From contig CAWDSK010000006.1 of the NCBI GenBank assembly GCA_963804995.1, positions 1,440,001-1,504,000 on the forward strand: DNA of 64,000 nt, in the 5' to 3' direction. Positions 20,431-29,347 of the stretch are shown piece by piece; within the stretch, counting starts at the first letter, position 1, and each line of letters begins with the position of its first letter. Made by a program: the position numbers and the translations under genes. The notes beneath the pieces are model-generated. The model did no database searches, had not been told where the DNA came from, and saw nothing but the letters and a program-made list of their open reading frames with translations. The stretch is from an uncultured Acidobacteriota bacterium (GTDB taxonomy: Bacteria > Acidobacteriota > Terriglobia > UBA7540).

Positions 20431-20723
20431 GCTGCCTTCGGGGCACCAAGTTTTCATGACAGGGCAGCGAGCAGCAGGCTTCGACCCTCAAACGCTTGCC
20501 TGGAGCTGGCAGAATTATTTACTGACAACAAATATTTTCTTCTTGTATAAAATCTTCATAAATTGTCAAATGTGTTACGGTACTAGTTGAAACCTCGCAC
20601 CTCAACTCAGACTGGGGGTTTCAGGATAGGGCTTGATCAACCATTGACGGATTCCAGGTTGGGGACTTGGAACTTTTCGTCACGGCACGTCTTGTCGTTG
20701 TTCAATATCGGGGAAAAGGGGCT

Positions 20724-20930
20724 ATGGCTGCCATGAAGACAACGAGTAGAGCGACACATAAGATGGCCAGGAAAGCCTTCGGATTATTGCTCGATTTGCG
20801 AACGCGTGACAACGCCCAGCATCTCCTGAGTCAGGCCATCGCGTTTCTTGAAATGCTGGCGCAGGAGAAGGACATGAATGCCGCCCCCATGATGATTTCA
20901 ATTCGGGCGATGCAGCTTCGAAAAAACTAG
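20724..20930 (+). CDS. Small hypothetical protein
   Basis: Helical 68-aa ORF downstream of an AT-rich promoter-like region. Confidence 0.4.
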   Translation: MAAMKTTSRATHKMARKAFGLLLDLRTRDNAQHLLSQAIAFLEMLAQEKDMNAAPMMISIRAMQLRKN

Positions 20931-21144
20931 GTGCAGGGAGTTACTATCCCTCGCAGACGGTCCTCGGCAATCGACCTTCAGGGTTCTTCCTAACCACTCT
21001 TCGCGCTGCCTATACCTTATTCCGCCGGGCTCGAAATGGTGCGCCCGCCCTCGCAGAATTGTCCCTTGCGCAGTCGACACTTCCGCCTGCGATCTGGTCA
21101 GCCCCTAACTTTAAACCAAGAACGGGGCGCCTCACGCCTGGGGC

Positions 21145-21663
21145 CTACTCGCCGGCGGCCGCGGCGCCACTTGACGGAGAGCTGGGCAAAGCCTCATGGC
21201 CCGCTTTGAGTTTGGCAATCTCGCGTTGCAGTTCGGTTGCCAGGTCCTCAAGGATGCGGAGCTGCTCAGTGCGGCGCTGGACCAACGATTCCAGACGTGT
21301 CACTTGACGTTGCAGCTTGTGATTCTCGCGGCGAAGGTAGATGAAGCTGCCTCCCGGGACCACGGCGGAGCCCCCCGCCATGATCTCGCCTGGCTTGGCA
21401 GTCTCACCGGTTTTGACGGTGGGGAACGGCGCGACCCGGGCTTGGGTTTGCTTGATGAGCGCGTCCAGCTCCTTCCGCTCCGCTCCCGGCGGACAAAGCT
21501 GGCGTAAGGCATTGAGTCTGGCCAGGTCAGGATTGTTTCGGCCGCGCTCCCAGTGCTGGACGGCTCCTTTGGTCGCGTTCAACAATCGCGACAAGCCTTC
21601 CTGGCTCACTTCCAAGCGCTTTCTGACCTTTCGAATAACCTTTGCTGGCGTTCCTGTTTCCAT
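21145..21663 (-). CDS. XRE-family HTH regulator with C-terminal coiled coil
   Basis: IRKVRKRLEVSQEGLSRLLNATKGAVQHWERGRNNP; heptad C-terminus. Confidence 0.85.
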   Translation of the reverse strand: METGTPAKVIRKVRKRLEVSQEGLSRLLNATKGAVQHWERGRNNPDLARLNALRQLCPPGAERKELDALIKQTQARVAPFPTVKTGETAKPGEIMAGGSAVVPGGSFIYLRRENHKLQRQVTRLESLVQRRTEQLRILEDLATELQREIAKLKAGHEALPSSPSSGAAAAGE

Positions 21664-22488
21664 ACCCGCGCACCTCACTTTCAGGAAAATCCATCCCGCT
21701 CCGAACTTCTAGCCTAGATTCATGCTTTCGAATCGTGGCGCCCGAGCCCAACGCTCATCATCTCCCACCAGCAATCCCGGTGTGGGGGGTTGGTTTCATT
21801 ATACTGGCCTACTGACAACCGGACATCTCTCGGCTAGGTTACTCGCCAACCTTGGGTTCCAAGCGCCGCGTATCATACCACTTTCCAAGTGTCGAAGGGA
21901 TAAACAAATCGGCGATTTTTTTGCTATCAAAGGGTCATCGGCTTTCGGCGCAAAGGACATCGACAAAATAGCCTAGATTGGCCCCCACGGGCACCTTTGC
22001 CCTCTCTCAGCCCTTGACCTGCATGTGCTATCGATGTCAGACTGACGGCGACCGTCGTCCCATAGCTCGCTTGCCACCTGTGCGACTTTGCGTTGCTGGC
22101 ACCCTTGGCATAAACCGACAAAATGTCTTAAAATGGGCTAAAGGGTTCCAGGGTGTAGTACGTTGATACGTGGTGCAGTACAGGGGCTTGTTGGGGGTTT
22201 GTCGGGGATTTGCTGGGTATCCAGCATTGTAAAGCGTCGTAATGGCCGGCCTCCAGGGAAAGCTCAGGATGAGGCCGGAAAGGGCGAAGTCACTAATTCT
22301 CGTCCGGCCCGAACCGCGGCACAGATGGATGCCTTCATTAAACCAAACCTGCCCACTGACCTGTCTGCATGGACCAGCTACCTCTAAAGGCATGGCCAAA
22401 GGTCCACGGCAAAGACGGGCAACTACGGACGTGAATTCAGCCATCACACGTCCTTTTAGGGTACCAAGAGAAACAAAAAGGAGACTCA

Positions 22489-23808
22489 ATGGCAGACATG
22501 CAATCCATTCCAGAGCCAGGCGGAATTACTCCGGAGTTCCGCTTGGACGTCCAACTTCACGAACTGCTGACAAAACCACCCTCGTCCATGCTGCTGCCCC
22601 CAGCTCCCACCGGGGAGCGGCAGGTGCTGCCGGAACCCGTATTTCCCCGGCACCCGGGGCTTCTGGTTGAACACCATCCGGCTGATTGGGACCCTCGGGC
22701 CCACCCTGAGAACCCTTACCGGCGCCGCTGGTCCACCCCCCTGATCTACCGTGCCATGCGGGGGTGGATGTTTCCGTACATCAAGTCCCGCCTGCTGCCA
22801 GGAGATTTTCACCCCATCATTGCCTACCTCTTCACAGAGTGGAAATGCAATCTCGATTGCCACTACTGCTGGGCGTTCGACAACAGCGTAAAGGGCATGA
22901 GCGAGGACACGGCCAAACGTTCCATCGACTGGCTGCACTCCACCACCTGCCGGGTGCTGGCGCTGATGGGCGGTGAGCCGCTGCTGCGTCCGCAGTTCGT
23001 CCACAAGGTGGTGGATTACGCCGCGCAGAAAGGCTTCTGGGTCTATCTGCCCACCAACGCACGCCTGCTGCGGCCGGAGGTCATCGACCGCCTCGCCGAT
23101 GCAGGAGTGGCCGTCGTGAATTTCGCCGTGGATGCCGTGGAGGAAAAACCAGGGCTGCCCAAGGCGTTGGCTCCGGTGCGCAAGCATTTCGACTACCTCA
23201 TCCAGCGGCAATACCGCTACGGCACCATTGTGTTCTTCAACATCAACATCTGCCGGAATAACATGGAGGATGTAAAGCGCTTGACCGAGATCGCACACGA
23301 CAATGGCATCGTCACCGACTATCACATCAACGAGTCCCCCATGCTCCAACAGGAACACTTCCAGCACTACGATGAGAATGACACCTTCATCCGCCAAGAA
23401 GATTGGTCGCGCGTGGATGACCTCGTCGAGTGGCTGATCGAAAAGAACCGCTCCGGCTACAAGATGGTGAACTCCGTCAAGCGCCTGCGCGACATGTGCG
23501 AGTTCATGCGGGGGAAGGTTGAGCCCTGGAACTGCCGCGCGGGTCAGAACAACGTCATCATCCGCGTGGACGGCACCCTCGCGCCCTGCTTCCCCATGTA
23601 TTCCGCCAAGTACGATTGGGGCACCATCGAAAACCATAAGTTCGAAGTCAAGCAACTGGACGAGATGAAGACGGTGTGCCAGACGCACTGCTTCTCGACC
23701 CTCAACCATAACCTCGGCTACTGCTACAACGACGCTCGCGTCATCAAGTGGATCCTGCGACAGGCCGCGCGCGGCTTCCAGGGCGTCACCGGGAGCTTCG
23801 AGGATTAG
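22489..23808 (+). CDS. Radical SAM protein with SPASM/twitch-like C-terminus
   Basis: CNLDCHYC, MGGEPLL, CRAG...GTLAPC...CQTHC. Confidence 0.9.
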   Translation: MADMQSIPEPGGITPEFRLDVQLHELLTKPPSSMLLPPAPTGERQVLPEPVFPRHPGLLVEHHPADWDPRAHPENPYRRRWSTPLIYRAMRGWMFPYIKSRLLPGDFHPIIAYLFTEWKCNLDCHYCWAFDNSVKGMSEDTAKRSIDWLHSTTCRVLALMGGEPLLRPQFVHKVVDYAAQKGFWVYLPTNARLLRPEVIDRLADAGVAVVNFAVDAVEEKPGLPKALAPVRKHFDYLIQRQYRYGTIVFFNINICRNNMEDVKRLTEIAHDNGIVTDYHINESPMLQQEHFQHYDENDTFIRQEDWSRVDDLVEWLIEKNRSGYKMVNSVKRLRDMCEFMRGKVEPWNCRAGQNNVIIRVDGTLAPCFPMYSAKYDWGTIENHKFEVKQLDEMKTVCQTHCFSTLNHNLGYCYNDARVIKWILRQAARGFQGVTGSFED

Positions 23809-23939
23809 ACAGTCAAGTCGGGAGTCCAGGGTCCTAAGTCCGGGGCCCAAGAACGTGGTTTTGGATGATCCGACCATCGGACCACAGAGTGATCTCGCGA
23901 TTGAGTGATGAGGTGATGGCCGGTCCCCCTCTCGATTTG

Positions 23940-24833
23940 TGGGCTCATGGACTAGTGCCAACCCGCCGATAACCGATATGGGGTAGTGCGTCACGGCGGG
24001 GGGAGAAGGGATTCGGGGTTCGGGTCTCGCTATACGAGGCCGGGGACTAACTGTGAGCTGTCGATTGTGAGCTGTCTGCACGGGGAAGTGCGTGGCGGCG
24101 GGGACGAGCGATCGGGAGATCGGTTGATCCGGAGATCGGGCGATCGGGTCATTTGTGAATGGCAATTTGTGATTTGCGATTTTCGAAGCCAGCATTTGAT
24201 TCATCTTCTCACCTGGCACCGCCGATAACCGAAGCGGGGGAGTGTGGGCCGGCGGGGGCTGGCGATCAGGAGATCAGGTCATTTGTGAATGGCGATTGGT
24301 GATTGGCGATTTTCGAAGTCAGCATTTGATTCATCTTCTTACCTGGCGCCGCCGATAACCGAAGCGGGGGAGTGTGGGCCAGCGGGGGCTAGTGATCGGG
24401 AGATCGGGTGATCCGGCGATCGCGTGATCGAATGATTGGAGCAGCACGTTACTGCCAGGCTCCGGTCGGCCGAATTGGGCTCATGTTCCTGTGCCATCCA
24501 TCCGATTACCGATGTGGGGAAGTGCGTCACGGGCGGGCGGGGTTCGGCCGGAGCGGTTAGCTGCTCGCCGCGAGTCTTCCGGGCCGTCGCGCTGCCCTGT
24601 CCTTGCAGTGACAGCCGGTAGCTGAGACAGGGGGCTGCGGCGGGTCGGTTAGGGCAGCGGGCCTCACCGCCTTTGACCTCCCGTCCAACGCCTGTCGCGC
24701 CTTCCGGCTTCGCCCCAATCATCGCGTCGCCTGCTCTTGCCAGCCCCGTCTCCGATGGAGGGTCCCTCTTTTCTCTTTCCTCCGCACTTTCAATAACCCC
24801 CTTTATTTTCATAAACATCGTGGGTTAGCGACT
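23940..24833. repeat. Composite dispersed element copy 1, left part (GATC-rich units plus conserved ORF)
   Basis: Homologous to 43232-44410; CCGATAACCG core recurs. Confidence 0.8.
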
Positions 24834-24900
24834 ATAACTAGGGCGACAAATCACATGACAAACAATGGCAGTAGAAGTTGGGTGTTCCGGTCCGCATTAA

Positions 24901-25065
24901 CTAACTGGCCTTCCGGTTGGCACGTCTCTGCTCACGGCCCTGCTTGAGTTGAGCATCAAGCTCTTCTTTGCCCACCGAAAGCAAGCGCCTGAGCCCCGCC
25001 TTAAACTTACGCGGCGATATTTTGACTTTTTCTTCGACGCCAGTTTGTCCCGTGTCTTTATACAT
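24901..25065 (-). CDS. Small basic protein coupled to the IS1595 transposase
   Basis: MYKDTGQTGVEEKVKISPRKFKAGLRRLLSVGKEELDAQLKQGREQRRANRKAS*; overlaps the transposase end; GGTGAGG upstream. Confidence 0.6.
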   Translation of the reverse strand: MYKDTGQTGVEEKVKISPRKFKAGLRRLLSVGKEELDAQLKQGREQRRANRKAS

Positions 25066-26011
25066 CCTCACCTTCTTTTCCGGTCAATTCGTTGTACGTC
25101 ACTCTCCGACCGTCTGCCTGTTTTAAGGCCGTCTGGAATCTCTCTCCGTCTGTCATCGTGCGAGTATTGAATCGGAAGGTAGCACTATCGAGATAGCGGT
25201 CAAGGTGAAAAGCGTCAACGGAATGATGCGTCCCGTAAATTGTCCGCTTGAACAGGCTCCAGAAGTTCTCAAGGCCGTTCGTGTGAACACGGCCCCGGAC
25301 AAATTCTTCGGCGTGATTGATGACTTCGTGAATGTAATTCTGCTCTTCGATTCCGTCATAGGACTTCAATGCGTCAGAGTAGATGACGGAGCCGGGAGCA
25401 ACGTTGCGGCTGATTTGTGCTTGAAGCTCTCCCTTGCGCACAGTCCGTACCTTTTTGGCGCGAATCGTACCATGCCGCTTGAGAAGTCCCATGACCGCGC
25501 ACTTGCCGATTGACCCACGGCCAAGATGCTGCCTTTTGCTCGCGTGCTTGAAGCGCTCTTTTCCGCCGATGAAAGTTTCGTCAACTTCGACTTCGCCAGA
25601 CAGCGGGTCGCGATCTCCGTTTTCGCGCATCGTGAGCCGGATTCGGTGAAGCATGAACCATGCGGTCCTTTGCGTCACATTGAGCGCCCGGCCAAGCTGA
25701 TAGGAACTCACATCTTTTTTCGATGACATCTCAAGCCAGAAGGCGGGAAGCCATTTATCCAAGCCAAGCGGGGAGTCCTCGAAAATCGTTCCGACCTTGA
25801 CCGTGAACTGCTTTCGGCAAGTCTTGCAGCGCCAGATGATTCCACGTGTCTTGCTATTGATCGTCCAGACCTCTGTCCCGCCGCAATCCGCACGCGGGCA
25901 AGTGACCTTACCATTGGGCCACCGGACATCTGCAAGAGCCTGATGGCATACTTCCGGGTCGGAGTAGTATCGAACTGCTTCAAGCAACGTTTCTGGTATG
26001 TTGTTAATCAT
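25058..26011 (-). CDS. IS1595-family transposase
   Basis: Zn ribbon CPRADC...CKTC, VEVDETFIGG, YSD, HTNGLENFWSLFKR. Confidence 0.97.
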   Translation of the reverse strand: MINNIPETLLEAVRYYSDPEVCHQALADVRWPNGKVTCPRADCGGTEVWTINSKTRGIIWRCKTCRKQFTVKVGTIFEDSPLGLDKWLPAFWLEMSSKKDVSSYQLGRALNVTQRTAWFMLHRIRLTMRENGDRDPLSGEVEVDETFIGGKERFKHASKRQHLGRGSIGKCAVMGLLKRHGTIRAKKVRTVRKGELQAQISRNVAPGSVIYSDALKSYDGIEEQNYIHEVINHAEEFVRGRVHTNGLENFWSLFKRTIYGTHHSVDAFHLDRYLDSATFRFNTRTMTDGERFQTALKQADGRRVTYNELTGKEGEDV

Positions 26012-26017
26012 GAGTAC

Positions 26018-26046
26018 AGTTTACGCCACTAATAGTTGTTTGTCAA
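26018..26046 (-). promoter_or_regulatory. Sigma70 promoter of the transposase
   Basis: TTGACA-N17-TAAACT, 6 nt before ATG. Confidence 0.7.
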
Positions 26047-26065
26047 GTACAAAATGAAATTATTT

Positions 26066-26734
26066 TTAGGGCGCTCCTATGCTTGGGTCTTGAAGGAATT
26101 CTTCAAGTTTTTGCTGGTCGCTCATCAATAACTTCCAAGTTTCATAGTATTCGGGTGTCATCCCTCCACCAAGGTAGGACTCATTACCTCTCGATTGACT
26201 GCGAAATCTCGCGAGGTACACATTCCCCCTGGGAATCGTTTTAAGATAATTCTCGATGGCTTTATGCCAGCTTTGAACAGACAATGCCCACTCATGCTGG
26301 TCCTTGTCTGGATAGACACTTCCCGGAAAAAATCTCGTACGTAGCGAGTTCCCCGTATCTATGTATCGGCTGATTTTCCCCTGTATGGAGCGTCGCGCCT
26401 TCTCAGTAGCTTCATCCGCAGATGACTTGCTACTATTAATCACGGTCGGAGGTGGCATATTGTTTGTAACTTGAACGGTCGGAGGCTGCTTGGTGTTATG
26501 CTCAATCTCAGCCAGTTGCCTACGTATTGCGGATTGGGTCTGCGCGTTCTTAGCTGCCTGAAATGCGATCAAGAGCACAGCCACGGCTCCGCAGGCTAAG
26601 AACTTGATTTTATAATGCTTCCGCGTGATCGGATCGTCTGTGGGGTGCAAAGTCACATGCACCCCCTGATAGGCCATATAAATCGTGAGGAGAGCAGACG
26701 CGACTGCCAATAACACGGTAATTGTCGTATCCAT
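26066..26734 (-). CDS. Passenger membrane protein (2 TM plus soluble domain), unknown function
   Basis: 222-aa ORF inside the IS, lower GC; TTGACA-N17-TAGTTT promoter overlapping the TIR. Confidence 0.8.
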   Translation of the reverse strand: MDTTITVLLAVASALLTIYMAYQGVHVTLHPTDDPITRKHYKIKFLACGAVAVLLIAFQAAKNAQTQSAIRRQLAEIEHNTKQPPTVQVTNNMPPPTVINSSKSSADEATEKARRSIQGKISRYIDTGNSLRTRFFPGSVYPDKDQHEWALSVQSWHKAIENYLKTIPRGNVYLARFRSQSRGNESYLGGGMTPEYYETWKLLMSDQQKLEEFLQDPSIGAP

Positions 26735-26790
26735 CGCATAAAACTACTGCCTGTACATTTGTTTGTCAAGTGATTCATCGCCATAACTAG

Positions 26791-27135
26791 CTTATTTTTC
26801 ATAAACATCGTGGCATTAGTCAAAATTTCACTTCCTTCTTTCTTTGTTTTCAACAACATCGTGGGTTTAACCTTCATTTTTAGTTCCCCATTTTTCCCTC
26901 ACCCCATTTGCAACAGAATCGATTAACTCTCCTCATTTCAATGAGATAGAATTTTGCCAAGTTTCTTCTCCTCTTCGCTAACCCCTTTTGCTTTCTATAA
27001 CATCGTGGCTTAGGGGCCTGAGTAAATTTCCGCAGATTGAATTAGTCTTGTTGTTTCAATGAGTTACATTTTGAGAGTTTTTGCTCCTCTTCGCTAACTC
27101 CTTTTGTTATCTGAAACATCGTGGCATAGGGCCGT
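26791..27135. repeat. AT-rich array of TTTTCATAAACATCGTGG-like motifs
   Basis: Copies at ~26797, 26848, 26993 and 27112, continuing the copy at ~24807 across the IS. Confidence 0.8.
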
Positions 27136-27213
27136 TAGTCAACTTGACGCGGTCGGGGCGAATTCTATCCTGATCCTATCGGGACACCCACCTTTGGCGA
27201 GGTAAACTCGCCG

Positions 27214-27654
27214 CTACGTCCTCCATTTGACCCACGACCTGACGCCTCTCTGCGGAGCCTGATCGGGGGGTCGGGAATTGCCCAACTCCAGGTCGATCGG
27301 TGATCTCAGGTTCGTGTTCCAGCCCGCCGATAACCGGAAGTGTTCGGGGAGGGCTCTGAAGGTCGGCGCTGGTTCGCCCCGAATTTCCGTATAACCTGTG
27401 CATTTTCGGCCCACAATCCCGATCGATTGCCATTTATCATCGCAAAATCCCGAAATTTTCTGCAAAAAGGTCGAACAATAGCCTGACAAATTGTCGTCCT
27501 CTCCTGTGTTTTCATACACATCGCCGGAGGTTCCTTCATTTTTAACATCTCTACGGATCTGTGCCCCTTCCCGGACGTTCGTCGGCGTGTTCGTGAAGCA
27601 TGGCAGACCCCCGATTTGGGGGCCCGTGGTTCTTCGAGTGCTGCCTGGATACAT
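27214..27654 (-). CDS. Hypothetical ORF of the composite element
   Basis: Follows the promoter/RBS-like block; contains NEGTSGDVYEN (motif-encoded) and VIG motifs; coding status uncertain. Confidence 0.3.
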   Translation of the reverse strand: MYPGSTRRTTGPQIGGLPCFTNTPTNVREGAQIRRDVKNEGTSGDVYENTGEDDNLSGYCSTFLQKISGFCDDKWQSIGIVGRKCTGYTEIRGEPAPTFRALPEHFRLSAGWNTNLRSPIDLELGNSRPPDQAPQRGVRSWVKWRT

Positions 27655-27751
27655 TATGGCGCTCCGCTTCCTCACCTCTATTGTGCTCTTGGTAGACTGG
27701 GCTATGTCAATAGGCAATGTATAGGTTTGGGCTACCGGTAGCCTAAGAATG
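27598..27751 (-). repeat. ~155-bp promoter-like dispersed repeat, copy A
   Basis: Matches 31225-31392 and 45038-45200. Confidence 0.88.
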
Positions 27752-28044
27752 CAAGGCGGGCAGCAAATTGGCCGAAAAAAGTGGCGCGGCTGACTTGCAC
27801 CGATGAATTGGGTCGCTACCTCGGGCCGTTAGACTATGTGGAAACATAAATTCGCTATCCGGTCCAGGGGCAATTCAGCGTGATCGTCCCGTGGGCCGTG
27901 CCGGTGGAAGGCCCCGTTAGGGCGATGATGGTGCCCTTGTCAAAAGGTGAACGAGTTGATCGCCTGCTGGCACTGGCCCCACAGCCGGGGCGGCCCCCTC
28001 TTGCTTTTCTTGCTGGTCACTCCCCACTGTCCTTTATGGCATCC

Positions 28045-28160
28045 TCTTTTCCCTGTTCCCTGTTACCTATCTTTCGCCTTTCCGCTTGTTGCTGGTGATT
28101 GTCCTGCTGTTCCCTGTTACCTGTTCCCTATTCCCTGTACTTCCGTTCCCTGTTCCCTGA
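28045..28160. repeat. Heptamer tandem repeat (CCTGTTC-like)
   Basis: cctgttc/cctgtta/cctattc units. Confidence 0.75.
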
Positions 28161-28330
28161 TGCGCTGGGCCGGGCTAAACTCCGAAACTCAGAAAGATGG
28201 TTCTTCATGGCCTTCTCCTCGGGACTGCTGTTACGGTTGCCGCGCGTGCGGCCCGCGTTCCTTCGACTGCGCTCAGGACAGGCTCCGCTGAAACCAGAAT
28301 TCTCCGATGCCCAGTAGGCAGTCAGAGTCG

Positions 28331-28700
28331 GTAGCGCAGAGTCTCGGGCTTTTGGAGACTCTGCGGCTTTTCGTTTGTTGGGCGCGGCTTCCGATCACCA
28401 CTTATTTCCCCCAGGGAAACTGGATCACCACGTTAGGTGGTTCAGCCTTGTGTTAATAATACCGTGCATGTTTATCATATTAAGAACTACCTGCTGCGTG
28501 TTAATAATACAGTGGATGTTTATCATATTAAGAACCGCAGAGTCTGAAAGGCACAGACTCTGCGCTGCTTGTGTCCCCCAGGGAAACTGGACCGCCACGT
28601 TAGGTGGTTCAGCCGCGTGTTAATAATGCAGTGGATGTTTATCATATTGAGAACCGCAGAGTCTGAAAGGGCCAGACTCTGCGCTACCCAGTCTGCGCTA
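28331..28700. repeat. REP-bracketed region with three 37-bp AT-rich direct repeats
   Basis: GTGTTAATAAT.C.GTG.ATGTTTATCATATT.AGAAC at 28450, 28498 and 28617. Confidence 0.8.
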
Positions 28701-28720
28701 CCTGCTACGCAGTCCGACGT

Positions 28721-29347
28721 TTACCAATATCTATCACGAACCACATCGACTCGGACTAGTTTTGACCTGCGGAACCGAAGGTCAATCTTTTCGTAAACAC
28801 TGATTAAAGCCGGGGGTGTAGAAAAACCGTCTATGAAGCGCGTAACTTCTTCAGGTGTAGGGGGGCGATCGTAGGAGGACTCGTACGTGAGGCGATCTTC
28901 CTGCATCTTAGTTGGGGGACCAAGAAGGGCCACGACCTCGCTGCGACCCATCCCCAGCTTTAGTCCACTCGCTGTCGACAGCGAGCTCGAAACGAGCCTT
29001 GACTGCGCGCACCGGCTGATTGATTGGGTCGATCCCTGGTAGAACCGAAATTCCACTACACCTGTAAGCCAATTATCGAACTCTAAAATGGTCCCGCCAT
29101 TTTCCGGCGAAGCGTAGCACCGGGAGGCTTCTTCGATGTGTCTGGCTTGTTTCACCGGTGCGGTACCAAGAATACGCTCAACATCTGCAACTTCACTACT
29201 CCCTAGCCTGATCCCGAGGACCTCGAAGTTCTTGGGATCCAGCTTTTGTCCTTCGGCCAGAGCGCCTGTGAGAACAAAGAAGAGTATCGAAACCAGACCG
29301 CCAACCAAAAGCATCATGTTTGCACGAGAAGACAGGTGTGTTGTCAT
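28721..29347 (-). CDS. Probable periplasmic immunity protein for the RHS-Tlde1 toxin
   Basis: ATGA overlap with the toxin stop; signal/TM segment; LGMGRSEVVALLGPP (SmpA/BamE-like) repeats. Confidence 0.7.
   Translation of the reverse strand: MTTHLSSRANMMLLVGGLVSILFFVLTGALAEGQKLDPKNFEVLGIRLGSSEVADVERILGTAPVKQARHIEEASRCYASPENGGTILEFDNWLTGVVEFRFYQGSTQSISRCAQSRLVSSSLSTASGLKLGMGRSEVVALLGPPTKMQEDRLTYESSYDRPPTPEEVTRFIDGFSTPPALISVYEKIDLRFRRSKLVRVDVVRDRYW

Larger units (their letters stand above)
24842..26782 (-). mobile_element. IS1595-family element with passenger gene
   Basis: TIRs GGCGACAAATCACATGACAAAC / rc GGCGATGAATCACTTGACAAAC; 8-bp TSD ATAACTAG at 24834-24841 and 26783-26790. Confidence 0.93.

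Noticed and set aside
20540..20565. Rex/FNR-like operator
   Set aside because: Only a partial match with wrong spacing
22486..24219. 577-aa minus-strand ORF
   Set aside because: Antisense shadow of the radical SAM gene extended through repeats
27880..28020. Possible IS110-like end or ncRNA (TTGACA near the end on the minus strand)
   Set aside because: Single copy, no transposase, no supportable boundaries
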